A stretch of 64,000 bases of DNA from Candidatus Spongiisociaceae bacterium (GTDB lineage Bacteria > Actinomycetota > Acidimicrobiia > Spongiisociales > Spongiisociaceae): assembly GCA_965262915.1 (NCBI GenBank), contig OZ253564.1, positions 1,344,001 through 1,408,000 of the forward strand, in the 5' to 3' direction. Positions 27,994 to 38,412 of the stretch are shown here, in pieces. The position numbers were made by a program, and so were the translations under genes. The notes under the pieces are model-generated. The model ran no database searches and was not told the origin of the DNA. It saw nothing but the letters and a program-made list of their open reading frames with translations. Position 1 is the first letter of the stretch. Each line of letters begins with the position of its first letter.

Positions 27994-28118
27994 AGATACC
28001 TACTGACTACTCCCTGGGTTGTGAAATGGCCTGTGTCGTCAATTCGGAGTCGGTAGAACCGAAAGGTTCTACTCTCGGACTCATATCTGCTGCGGAGGTT
28101 ACCGAGTGCAAGCACTAG
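27990..28118 (+). pseudogene. N-terminal stub of an MpaB-like oxygenase paralogue
   Basis: MKIPTDYSLGCEMA resembles VDIPTDYMQGYEKA of the next gene; ATGA overlap with the MMPL stop. Confidence 0.5.
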
Positions 28119-29294
28119 TAGATATACCGACTGATTACATGCAGGGTTATGAAAAGGCTCGCACGGTCATGCCCGACATCGCGGACAAATATATAGCACA
28201 CACGCTAATTGGAGATCCGCTGGCCGAAGCCATGACAGAAGACCTCGCAGACTTTGGTCCAAAAAAGTCAAGGCTCCTCATCCAGGCAGCTATGAATGAG
28301 GAAGGTGACGAGGCTCTGCGGGACGCACCAACCTCATTTCGCGAGTTCTTTAGAGAAGCGGAAACACCACCAGATTGGCTCGACTATTCCGAGTTTGCCC
28401 CGGCTGTCCGTATGTTCTACAGGAACTCGCAGGTGATCCTGGCCGCATTCGTTGCAGGCGTTCTGATAGAAGGATTTACAACGAATATAGCACAGTCCTT
28501 TTACATCACCGGGCGTGTGCGTGATCAGGGTGTCAGGCGTTTGGGTCAGAATAACCGTCACATGATGGAGATATTCCTTCCGGGTGGCTTGTACAGGTAT
28601 GGAGACGGCTGGACACTTTCGGTCCGTATCAGGATAGTTCACGCACGTTTAAGATACCTTCTGAGTAATTCGGAAGAATGGAAAACTGAAGAGCTGGGTG
28701 TTCCGATTAGTGCGGCGCATTTGAGTTACGCCGATTTCCGCTTTTTCAGCAAGGCTGCTGAAACATATGAAAACCCTGGGCGCTGAGTATAGTGACGAAG
28801 AGTACGAGAGCTTCATGGCCGTTTGGCGCTACTCCGGTCACCTGATGGGCATTCCCGAATCTATCCTGTTCCAGGATGCCGATGAAGCTCTGAAACTGTG
28901 GAGGATCGGCCTCATGTGCGAGCCTGATCCCAAAATTGAATCAATCGTGATGGCACACTCTTTGATCAACTCAGCTCCATTGATTGCCGGGATGACTACG
29001 CCAGAAGCCCGTGGTAAGTTAGCCCGGTACGTCTTCCGTCTTTCCCGTGGTCTTATCGGGAACAAAGTAGCCGAGTCACTGATGTATCCACAGTACTCCT
29101 CCATCGGAGCTATCAGTTGGTTCAAGGCGCAACAGCGGTTTAGCCACATCCTGGATAAGGTCTCTCCCGGCCGTCGCCAGGATAGCAACTTCACCAAGTT
29201 CACTTCCTTGCTCGATACTTCGTTGTTCGACGAGGAAGGAATCCGCTACACACTGCCCGACCACGTATACGCAGAAGAATCCAGCAGTTGGTAA
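28106..29294 (+). pseudogene. MpaB/Lcp-like (DUF2236) oxygenase family protein, one frameshift near 28735
   Basis: GDPLA, PPDWLD, VRIRIVHARLR, GVPIS, WRYSGHLMGIPE; lower GC than the flanks. Confidence 0.75.
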
Positions 29295-29436
29295 GAGGGT
29301 GCGCGGATAGGCGGACGCGGCCGCCCATCGGTAAACCCAACCCTCTTACCGCTCGGAAGAGCCCTGATCATCGCCGCGGACTCGTCAACCCGCGCAGTCA
29401 CTGTTCCCCCAGGTGAGCAGCTATCCGCGCACCCTC
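29295..29436. mobile_element. MITE (142 bp) with GAGGGTGC ends
   Basis: Perfect 16-bp IR GAGGGTGCGCGGATAG / CTATCCGCGCACCCTC; flanks TAA and TGA; lies between convergent genes. Confidence 0.65.
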
Positions 29437-29451
29437 TGAAGGTCGGCGGGG

Positions 29452-30468
29452 TCAGAACTCCCTGTCCACTATGAAACTCGCCAGGTCCAGCAACTCCTCG
29501 GCTGCCTGTGCCTCGACATCGGCGGCGGACAGGGCACCGGCAGCACGGTGCATGCACTCCCGGGCTGCCGAGGCGGTAGCAGCCCGCCCGCCCGCCTCCT
29601 CCACCAGCGCGGCCGCACTGTCGATGTCGGCCTCGTCCAGATGATCCCGTTCATATAGGTTGGCCAACATCTCGCCGGCCCTCGACCCCGAGCAGAGGGC
29701 CACCACTACGGGGATCGACATCTTGCGTTCCCGCAGATCGTTACCGGCGGGCTTGCCAGTGACGGCCGGATCGCCCCAGATGCCCAGCAGGTCGTCCATG
29801 GCCTGGAAACCCCGACCCAGTTCCTTCCCGAAACGACGTAGCGCCTCAATGGTGTGGACCGGGGCGCCCGCCAGGATCGCCCCCACCGCGCAGGCGTGGG
29901 CCAGGAGGGCGCCGGTCTTACGCGACACCATCTCCCAGCACCGGTCCACGTCGACCGTGTCCAGACGGCTGAAGGACATGTCCATGTATTGTCCTGCGAT
30001 CATGTCCGCCGTGGCCCGCGCCAGATCGGCCGCCGCCGCCGTGCGGGCGGGTGTCACCTCGTCCAGCAACAGTTCGAACGCCAGGACCATCAGGGCGTCG
30101 CCCACGACGATGGCATCGCCGACGCCGAAGACCTTCCACATCGTGGCCCGGTGCCGACGTTCGGCGTCGTCGTCGATGATGTCGTCGTGGACGAGCGAGA
30201 AGTTATGGATCAGTTCTACAGCCACAGCGCCGGGGAGGGCCACTTCGGCGGCGGCGCCGACCGCTTCGGCGGACAGCAGGGCCAGGGTGGGGCGCACGCC
30301 CTTGCCGGAACGGCCGCGGGGGAGCGGGACGCCCCGGGCGTCGACCCATCCGAAGTGGTAGCGGGTCGGAACCGCCAAGTCGACCGACAGCCGTTCGACG
30401 GCGGCCACCAAGGCGGGCTCCACCAAGGTACGGGCCCGCTCCAGGACATCGGGCGTACGGCGCTTCAT
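29452..30468 (-). CDS. Polyprenyl (FPP/GGPP) diphosphate synthase
   Basis: GKGVRP, HNFSLVHDDIIDDDAERRHR, GQYMD, KTGAL, FQAMDDLLGIWGD. Confidence 0.93.
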   Translation of the reverse strand: MKRRTPDVLERARTLVEPALVAAVERLSVDLAVPTRYHFGWVDARGVPLPRGRSGKGVRPTLALLSAEAVGAAAEVALPGAVAVELIHNFSLVHDDIIDDDAERRHRATMWKVFGVGDAIVVGDALMVLAFELLLDEVTPARTAAAADLARATADMIAGQYMDMSFSRLDTVDVDRCWEMVSRKTGALLAHACAVGAILAGAPVHTIEALRRFGKELGRGFQAMDDLLGIWGDPAVTGKPAGNDLRERKMSIPVVVALCSGSRAGEMLANLYERDHLDEADIDSAAALVEEAGGRAATASAARECMHRAAGALSAADVEAQAAEELLDLASFIVDREF

Positions 30469-31856
30469 GCCCGTACAGCAGCCGCGGACGACCGATGAGC
30501 TTCCGGCGTTACAGTCGGGGTCCTTGTGGCGAACTCGGCGGCGAGACGCCCCGCCTCGGTTCCGCTGCGAACCGCCCCCTCCATCGTGGCCGGCCAGCCC
30601 GTGTCGCACCAAGCGCCCGCCAGATAGACGCCGGGGAGGGCGCTTTCGCTGCCAGCGCGGAGGCGGTCTGTTCCCGGCCCGCCGTAGAAGGTTGCCGCGG
30701 TCTCCCGGGTGACTATCGACTCGGTCAGGGTGGCGTCTGCCGCGGCGGGCAGCAGGCGCGCCAACTCTGCGCTGAAGTGCGCTACCAGTTCCGGCGAACT
30801 CCGACCGATGTAGGACTCGGCCGCCGACAGGGAGATGGCCAGACACTGACGGCCGTCGTCGAGTCCGGCCGCCTCGGTGCGATCGAACACGTACTGCACG
30901 TCGCTTCCGACGGCCGCGAGGATCGGCAACTCAGTCACCGGACGGTCGTACACCAGGTGCACGTTCACGATCGGCGAGGCACCGAGGTCCTGCAACCGAT
31001 GTTGGGCGGTGACGCTGCCGGGCGGTAGCAGGGAGTCCACGACATCGTGGGGAACCGCCACCACGACGGACTCGGCCTCGATCAGGTGTCCGTCGGCCTG
31101 CACGAGCAGGCGCCCGGAGGAGCCGGTCCGCACGCCGGTCACGGCGGAGCGCGTCCTGACCTCGCCGCCGCCGGCTTCCAGGGCGCGCCGAGCAGCGTCG
31201 CCGTGCAGGGCCGAGAGCGGCACTCTGGCCCAGCCGATGTCGGAGGCGGCCGCTTCGGTCAACAGTCCGGTAACGAAGACCTTCGCGGCGAGCTTGAGGG
31301 ATGCCTCGGCGGCAGAAACGTTGACCGTCGGAAGCACGACCAGGTTCCAGAACGTCTCGATAGCTACGGCGTCCTGGCGATGGGCAGCCAGCCAGTCGCC
31401 GAAGGCCACCTCGTCCAGCGCCGGATCCGCGGGGTTCAGGCGACGCAGCGCCCACCCCGCCCGTAGTACGTTCAGTCTTTGGCCAAGGTCCAGATGGGGG
31501 TAGGTGAGCAGTGACGCGGCCAGATGAAGCGGCGCGGGACCGGCGGTGCGCCGGATGGCGCCGGACCGCCCGCCGGGGCGCAGTACGGGGATCTCCAGCC
31601 GACGCTGGAGGAACACGCCGTCCGACGAGCCGATTCGCTGCAGGAACGTCCGGTAGGCGGTACAGCAGCGTAGGAAGACGTGTTGGCCGTTGTCGAACCA
31701 GATGCCTCGCCGCCGGAACGACCAGGTGGCGCCACCCAGACGGGGGCGTCGCTCCAGCAGCGTCACCGCCGCGCCCCGGTCGGTAGCCTCCAGACCGGCG
31801 GCCAGACCGGCGAGGCCGCCGCCGACCACCACGACCTGGCGCGGGTGACCGCTCAC
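30465..31856 (-). CDS. hpnE: Hydroxysqualene dehydroxylase
   Basis: VVGGGLAG, DNGQHVFLRCCTAY, AGAWCDTGWPATMEGAVRSG; operon context. Confidence 0.93.
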   Translation of the reverse strand: MSGHPRQVVVVGGGLAGLAAGLEATDRGAAVTLLERRPRLGGATWSFRRRGIWFDNGQHVFLRCCTAYRTFLQRIGSSDGVFLQRRLEIPVLRPGGRSGAIRRTAGPAPLHLAASLLTYPHLDLGQRLNVLRAGWALRRLNPADPALDEVAFGDWLAAHRQDAVAIETFWNLVVLPTVNVSAAEASLKLAAKVFVTGLLTEAAASDIGWARVPLSALHGDAARRALEAGGGEVRTRSAVTGVRTGSSGRLLVQADGHLIEAESVVVAVPHDVVDSLLPPGSVTAQHRLQDLGASPIVNVHLVYDRPVTELPILAAVGSDVQYVFDRTEAAGLDDGRQCLAISLSAAESYIGRSSPELVAHFSAELARLLPAAADATLTESIVTRETAATFYGGPGTDRLRAGSESALPGVYLAGAWCDTGWPATMEGAVRSGTEAGRLAAEFATRTPTVTPEAHRSSAAAVRA

Positions 31857-32728
31857 GGGCGAAGTCCGGTCACGCTGCGAGCCACCACGAGGGTCTTCTC
31901 CCAGGCCGGTAGGCTGACACGTTCGGTCAGCGGCCGGGTGGGCTGGGCGATGATGCGGTTCAGCAGCCGCCGGTAGATGCCGGCCATCGCCGCCGTGCAG
32001 GCCCGGCTGCGGTGGTCGAGGTGACCGAGAAGAACCAGTCCCCGCTCGAACCAGGTCACCGCCTGTCCCGCCACGTATTGGACCAGCGGGCCGACGCACT
32101 CAGGTGGTGCCCACTCGCCGGGGAGTATCCCGAAACGGTCTCGTTCCTGCTTGGGCAGGTAGATGCGCCCCATCCGGTGGTCCTCCAAGATGTCACGCAG
32201 CATGTTGGTGAGCTGTAACGCTACGCCCAGGTCGTCAGCCAGCCGAGGGGCGTCGCTCTCACGCTCGGGGTGGCGGTGGCCCGCCTTGGTACCGAAGACA
32301 CCCAGGGACAGGCGGCCGACCGAACCAGCCACCAGGCGGCAGTATCGGACCGTGTCGCTCATGGTCATGTACGTCTCGCCCCGCACGTCCTGCTCGCAGC
32401 CCTCGACGATCTGATGGAGAGCGGCGACAGGAATCGGGTACCGGGTGGCAGCGTGGGCGACGCCCACCAGCACCGGGTCGGCGGGGTCGGCAATCTCGCC
32501 CGCCTCCAACATATCGATCTCCGAGTGGAGGACTGCCAGAGCCGCCAGCTTGCGGTCGCGACACCAGTCACCATCACCGACGTCGTCGATACGCCGGGCC
32601 ATCGCGTACAGTGCCGCCATCGCCCGGCGCTTGGGAGGTGGGAGCAGGCGGATACCGTAGGCGAAGTTGCGGGCCGCCGCCCAAGTAATCTCCTCACAAC
32701 GCAGGTATGCCGACTCCGGGGTTATCAC
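31853..32728 (-). CDS. hpnD: Presqualene diphosphate synthase
   Basis: ARNFAYGIRLLP, RRIDDVGD, YCRLVAG, LQLTNMLRDILED, GRIYLP. Confidence 0.92.
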   Translation of the reverse strand: MITPESAYLRCEEITWAAARNFAYGIRLLPPPKRRAMAALYAMARRIDDVGDGDWCRDRKLAALAVLHSEIDMLEAGEIADPADPVLVGVAHAATRYPIPVAALHQIVEGCEQDVRGETYMTMSDTVRYCRLVAGSVGRLSLGVFGTKAGHRHPERESDAPRLADDLGVALQLTNMLRDILEDHRMGRIYLPKQERDRFGILPGEWAPPECVGPLVQYVAGQAVTWFERGLVLLGHLDHRSRACTAAMAGIYRRLLNRIIAQPTRPLTERVSLPAWEKTLVVARSVTGLRP

Positions 32729-33666
32729 CGAACACCCCTCGTGCCCCGACGCGCCACTCCACCGAAGTAAAGAGGGACGAAGCGGCGCATCAACCGTAGG
32801 GCGCCAGCCTGTCGGGTACCACCCAGCACGTCGAAGCGCGCCGCCTCGATGGAGTCGAGCCCGGCGAGTCCTCCAGCTACGAATCCGGCGATGGCCAGGC
32901 GGGAGTATCCCCGCAGCGATGCAACCAGCGGTCGCCCGGCCTCGATCATCTCTCGGGTACGGTCCGCCTCATACGCCACCAGGTCCCGGAGACCCGTGCC
33001 GGCTACCAGCGCCAGCAGATCCTCGGTCGTGCATCCGAAGCGCTCCATATCATCGACCGGCATGTAGACGCGGCCCGCTATGGCGTCCTCGGCCAAGTCT
33101 TGGAGGTGCTCCAGGACCTGCAGCCCGCTGCACACGGAGTCCGAGGCCTCCAAGCGGTCGGCGGTGGCCGACTCGAAGACCGCCAGGACGAGGTGACCCA
33201 CGGGATTCGCCGACAGCGCGCAGTACTCCATCAGTTCCTGCCAGTTGGAGTAGCGGTTCTGTTGCTGATCCAGACGGTTGGCGGCCAGCAGCTGATCGAA
33301 CGGCGTGCGGGACAACCCGAAGCGGGTGACCGTCGGGGCCAGCCGACGGAAGACCGGATGGCGTGGAGTCCCGGCGAAGAGATAGTCGAGCTCAGCCTCG
33401 ACCCAGTCCAGCGCCGCCAAGCGGTCCCCGGGGTATTCGTCGCCCAGGTTGTCGGTGAGTCTGGCGTAGCCGTAGATCGCTTGCAGGTGCAGTCGCAGGT
33501 GCGCCGGCAGCGCCCGCAGCGCCACCGGAAAGTTCTCGTGAGCCGCCCGGGCCATCACGGCCTCGAGACCGACGTGCTCCTCGATCGCCTCGGCGGCCGC
33601 GGTCGGGGCATCCGGCCACGAAGCGCCCGCCGGAATCCGGTTCACTGCTCGCTGGATGAACACCAC
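32725..33666 (-). CDS. hpnC: Hydroxysqualene synthase
   Basis: HENFPVA, YGYARLTDNLGDE, YCALSANPVG, EHLQDLAED. Confidence 0.92.
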   Translation of the reverse strand: MVFIQRAVNRIPAGASWPDAPTAAAEAIEEHVGLEAVMARAAHENFPVALRALPAHLRLHLQAIYGYARLTDNLGDEYPGDRLAALDWVEAELDYLFAGTPRHPVFRRLAPTVTRFGLSRTPFDQLLAANRLDQQQNRYSNWQELMEYCALSANPVGHLVLAVFESATADRLEASDSVCSGLQVLEHLQDLAEDAIAGRVYMPVDDMERFGCTTEDLLALVAGTGLRDLVAYEADRTREMIEAGRPLVASLRGYSRLAIAGFVAGGLAGLDSIEAARFDVLGGTRQAGALRLMRRFVPLYFGGVARRGTRGVR

Positions 33667-34904
33667 ACCCCCCGCCTACCCTGGCGCCGTAGGCTGGCGC
33701 AACTGGGGTACTCTCACGAGGACGCCACGGCAGACAATAGTTGACCGATCGTTCGCTTTCTTATGTTACGGTCCACTTTCTTGTGTCGCGGTCGACTGGC
33801 GGGCGGTGAGCGCCCGATAACAGACCGGACCTGCTGCCAGGGTGGCAAACCGCCGGTGGGGTTCGTCTCAGGTCCCCCGCGACCTCGTACATCTCCTTCA
33901 TGACAGGAATCACTTCACGAAACGTGTCCGAGCGTCTTCGATGGTGTGGAGGACCGCCTCCACGCCGTGGACGGATCGCTATGAGACGCTGGCGGTGGAG
34001 GGGGTACGTTCCGATGAGGTCAAACCAAGATCGGGTTGGCGTCTGGACCGGTTCGGAGGGTTCTTCGTTGGTGGGCTCGAGAGTGTTCGACTGTTCGGCC
34101 TTCCGGTGCGTGCCGGCGTTTTCCCGGCCCGTAAATCCGCTTCTCGGCTTTTGGGCTGTGTTGGTTACCGGTCGGTGGTCTGGGTGTGGGGTGTTTCCGC
34201 CTGAAACTGGCGGGTAAGAAACCGCTGAAGGTCTTGGATCGAGGCTGGCTCGATCCCGATCCTGCTGCTCTGTGTTGCCGGTCCTGGCCGAGACGTTGCC
34301 ACTCGGTGCAGGGTGATCAACCCTGGTGGTCACAATCCCCTTTCCTTACTGGCCAGCTGTGTGGGGGCGGGGTGGCGCGACGATGGGGATTCGCTCGTCG
34401 TCGAACACGCGATTTCGTGGGGTAGGGCGTTGCTGTTGCCGGTGTGGTGGTCATATTACGAGGACGCCGGGCGGCGAAGTTCTGGGTGTTGGTGACGCCG
34501 TGAGCGACGGCGGCGTAGGACTCGGGGAGGTTGTTGCTCCGTTGGTGGTGTGGTAGGCGAGAACCCTTTCCGTTACGAGGAATCCGGCTCTTCGGTTAGC
34601 CGATCTTCTATCACTTCCCGGAGTTCATCGACAGCGCTCTTGATGTTCCCCAGGGACGGGGTGTTGAACGGATGGACCCTCCGGGGCGGCCTTCCCGTCG
34701 CTTATCAGGTTTCTTGCCTCGGGTCATGGATTCGCCCTTCCTAACCGGACTGACCGTTCGCTCGTAGCCGCGGTGGCCACGGGTCTACGAGTGAGCTACA
34801 AGCCTGACCTTTGACTCTGCTCTTAAACTGTCCTACTTATAGCTACCGCTCTGGCCCGAACTGGTATCCACGTTAGGCACTTGTAATGGTGGAGCCGCTG
34901 GGTA

Positions 34905-35360
34905 ATGCTTCGGGGTACGAAGAGCCATGAAGCTTCACCGAAGGACACAGTGGAAGCGCTACTCGAGTCGGCCAACCGGCTCACCGGTGGCGGCGTACCG
35001 CTACCCGACGCTCGCTACAGCGAACACCATGTGCGGGCCAAAGTAATCGCCGAAGCCTTGACCCACTTGGGCTCCGAAGGAGTTGTGGAGGCGGTACTCG
35101 AGACACGAGCAGGTACCAACAAAGACTTCCAACCACTCGACAACAAGGATCATCAGGTGCTGCGCAAGCTTCAGCGACAAGGCGCCGTCCCGGACAGTTT
35201 CCGGATCCGTCACGACGACAAGACCGAGGCCATCCTGCAGATAGCCGATCTACTCGCCGGGGCACGCTCCGACGGGCTCTGCGGTGTCAACCGAGAAACC
35301 TATTACAGGATCAGCCACCGAGTCCGCGCTACCCGCACCGTCTTCAGCAAGAGGCCCTGA
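34905..35360 (+). pseudogene. 5'-truncated DUF3800-like protein
   Basis: C-terminal HDDKTEAILQIADLLAGA and VLETR motifs; the N-terminal acidic motif is not seen. Confidence 0.4.
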
Positions 35361-35929
35361 ACGCGCAGAGGCCCCGGGACTACGATCCGCAGCCAATCCG
35401 GGGCGTACTTCCAGTGAGGTCCTCAAACGACACCCATCAGCCAAAACAGCGCTCGCCGTTAACTTCCGTGTGGCCTCGGAGGATAGGTCACCAGCCACTG
35501 CGATTATCGCGGTTCGGATCCAAAACCGCAACCGATTGCTGTGTGCCTTGTAACAATCCACCCGGTCAGAAGTCGAGTCCGAGGCCACCCCGCCTGCGCT
35601 GCTGGATCTCCTGCTCCTGGGCCTGCCGTTCTTGCAGGGAGGCTAGGGCGTCGTCGATGTACCGGGTACCGACCCATTCGTTGACGACTTGCAGCGCCTC
35701 GACGTGGGTGGTTCCCTCGGGGATGATCCCGAACCCTGCGACGGCTTCCGCCAGACCTCCCTGAGTCCGTCGGCGACGACGCTCAGGGAGGAGTAGGCAG
35801 GCCCGGGCGTCTCAGGACAGCCAGCGCCACATGCCAGGGTACGCCGGCCTGCCCTGGTAACGGTTGCTGCCCCTCGTCTCGGCATCCAACTAGGCCACCC
35901 CCGTATCGAGCAACGGATCCCCCTTCCGC

Positions 35930-36160
35930 TGGGGGCTCGACCGGCCGCCGACAGCGGTTACCCGCCCGATGGTCTCACCAGCGTTGGCGGCTCCGTTTGG
36001 GTGGGTGTCGGAGGGGGGAGTGGAGGCGGCAGTGGTCGGCCGGGTTGTAGATGGATAGACGCGCCGTGCAGCTGTCGGTGGTGCAGTAGCGGCCGGGGGG
36101 ATATGTGCGTGGTGGGAGCCCTTGGTGGCGGACTCTGGTCATAGGGGGTTCACGGTACCC
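35930..36160 (+). repeat. About 230-bp direct repeat, copy A (copy B at 41976-42204)
   Basis: GGGGCTCGACCGGCCGCCGACAGCGGTTACCCG...CATAGGGGGTTCACGGTACCC shared, with scattered substitutions. Confidence 0.9.
35975..36142 (-). CDS. Small Cys/His protein (55 aa), copy A
   Basis: MTRVRHQGLPPRTYPPGRYCTTDSCTARLSIYNPADHCRLH...RW; the frame is preserved in copy B. Confidence 0.55.
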   Translation of the reverse strand: MTRVRHQGLPPRTYPPGRYCTTDSCTARLSIYNPADHCRLHSPLRHPPKRSRQRW

Positions 36161-36641
36161 GGGAGCGGTCTCCGCTGACGGGTGGCGGCAGCGGAGGACC
36201 CCTCCGCTGGGGGCAGCGACTCCTGGGTTTTGGGCGGCGTAGGGCGATTCGACTAACAGCAGCAGCGAGAGCTGGTGCGGCGGGCGGTCGCTGTCTTTCG
36301 CGCCGCCCCGACCTGACGGCCCCCATGTGGGTACCGCCACTGCAGTTTGAGGTCCGCGGCTCCGAGGCATGTACGCGTCGCGGGGCCGCTGCCGTCTCTG
36401 TGCTCGGCCGCTGTCCGTTCCCGTCGCCCAGTTGAGATAGAAGGATTCAGGCGTCGCTGGGCATGTCGGAGAAACACCTGATGACCACCTCGGGATTCCG
36501 CCCGACGAACAGCGTTGCGGCTTGGTTCCGGGCTTCGACTGGTTGTGTAACCACCGGGCTGCCAGCCCATTCCGGGGAGTCTCGAAAGGTTCTATGCTTG
36601 GCCGGTGACAGCGAGAAGGTGGGGACAAGGGATGTCCGGCG

Positions 36642-37035
36642 GTGACCAAGCGGTTCCATCGCGACACCGTCGACGGCGGCGACGACTCGGTGGGCTACTA
36701 CCGGTTCACGCTCTCCGAGGCGAGGGAGGTGGGTATCGGGCTGCGTCGCTTGGACCACAACGCCGACGTGTCCATCGAGGACGACGCCGGGACGGTGCTG
36801 CACCGTGGCACCAACGCGGGCACCGCCAAGGAATGGATCCGGGCGACGTTGCTGGCCGGGACCTAACTACGTGCGCGTCGAGGCCCGCGAGGCCGGCGAC
36901 AACTCCTATGTGCTGCGCTACGGCACCAGGGACGCCGACGCCGACGAGGTGGCACGTCTCCAAGCCGAGGCCGAGGCCGAGGCCGACACCATCGTCTTCG
37001 TGAACAACGACCCCGGTGAAGTCGTGTTGTCATGA
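36642..37035 (+). pseudogene. Pre-peptidase C-terminal (PPC)-like domain remnant
   Basis: YYRFTLSEAREVGIGLR...NAD...TLLAGT / YVRVEA broken by a frameshift near 36865. Confidence 0.6.
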
Positions 37036-38408
37036 CCTCGGACTGTTTTGACGTTGTTGTGATCGGCGCTGGGCCTGCTGGGAGCGCCACCGCGATCCGT
37101 TTGCGTCAGGTCAACCCGGCGTTGAGGGTCGCTCTAGTCGACAAAGCGGTCTTCCCTCGCGACAAGGCATGCGGCGACGGGCTCGGCCCAGGCGTCGCGT
37201 CGCTGTTGAAACGTCTGGGGGCCGACATCGCTGAGATCCCTCATGCGAACGTGTTCAGGCACGCGGAGGTGCACGGCCCTGACGGCACTTCCTTCGTTGT
37301 CGAGATGCCCGAAATGTTCGGCTCAGCGGTGGGCATGGCCGCGAGACGCACCGATTTCGATCATCTGCTATTCCGGCGCGCCCGCGACGTGGGGGCTGTT
37401 GTCATCGAAGGCGTCCGGTTTGTTGGGTTCGAAGTGTCTGAGAAGGCCGCAGAGGTCAAACTCCGCGGCGTCAACGACCGACACGAGCAGACCCTGCGAT
37501 GCCATCTGGTGGTCGGCGCGGACGGCGCCAACTCGCGGGTCAGGCGCGCCGCTGGGATCGACTCACCGCCACCGCACAAAACCGGCATCGCTCTGCGGGC
37601 CTACATCAAAGTCTCGCAGGAGTGCCGCGACAGGATCGTGGTGAGCTTCGAGGACCAACTCATCCCCGGTTACGGATGGTACTTCCCGTTCGCGGACGGA
37701 ACCGCGAACGTCGGTGTCGGGATGGAGCTCAGAGACTACCGGCGGCGCCGCCCCGACCTCGCCGCGCTGCTCGACGACTATCTGACGGTGCTCAACAGTC
37801 GAGGCATCCAAGCCGACAACCCAACAGACCTCTCCACATACATCCTGCCCACCAACTCCAAACCAGCGGCTCTGGTAGGACCGCGTCTGGCTCTGGTAGG
37901 CGACGCTGCTTCGCTGGTCAACCCCTTCACCGGGGAGGGAGTGGTCTACGGGATGGCCGCCGGGATTGCGCTCGCCGAGTCCGTGGCCTGGTCGCTGGGC
38001 GACACCGCGGGGCTGCACGCCGCGCTGGGCCAGTTCAACAAGCAGTTCCGGCGTCAGTACTCTGCTCACTTCTTCTCCAACTATGTGGCGCATCGCGCCA
38101 TGAGACGGCCGCTGCTGGTACGAACGATCATTGCGGCTATCTCAGCTAGTCCCCGCCTTCAGGTCTCCTCGATCGCTCTCATGTTCGGCGACAATCGCCT
38201 CTCCGCTGGTGACATCATGCGGGTCGTCGGCTACGGCGCCGCGCATATGGCACAGACCCTGGCACGCTCCGCGAACGGCAAGCGGCAACGGTATCTGCCC
38301 GGTCATGTTGCTAAGACGGCACAGAGCACACCACCCACCCAACAACACACTGCAGCGAGAGAGACGACCCGGCCGGCTGCTTCGCGAAGAAACACCCTGG
38401 TCTCCTAA
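37032..38408 (+). CDS. Geranylgeranyl reductase family FAD-dependent oxidoreductase
   Basis: IGAGPAGS, FPRDKACGDG, GADGANS, GYGWYFP, GDAASLVNPFTGEG. Confidence 0.9.
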   Translation: MTSDCFDVVVIGAGPAGSATAIRLRQVNPALRVALVDKAVFPRDKACGDGLGPGVASLLKRLGADIAEIPHANVFRHAEVHGPDGTSFVVEMPEMFGSAVGMAARRTDFDHLLFRRARDVGAVVIEGVRFVGFEVSEKAAEVKLRGVNDRHEQTLRCHLVVGADGANSRVRRAAGIDSPPPHKTGIALRAYIKVSQECRDRIVVSFEDQLIPGYGWYFPFADGTANVGVGMELRDYRRRRPDLAALLDDYLTVLNSRGIQADNPTDLSTYILPTNSKPAALVGPRLALVGDAASLVNPFTGEGVVYGMAAGIALAESVAWSLGDTAGLHAALGQFNKQFRRQYSAHFFSNYVAHRAMRRPLLVRTIIAAISASPRLQVSSIALMFGDNRLSAGDIMRVVGYGAAHMAQTLARSANGKRQRYLPGHVAKTAQSTPPTQQHTAARETTRPAASRRNTLVS

Positions 38409-38412
38409 CTAG

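Noticed and set aside
26840-28760. Programmed frameshifting in the MMPL and MpaB-like genes
   Set aside because: There are no slippery heptamers at the break points; decay or sequencing error is more likely.
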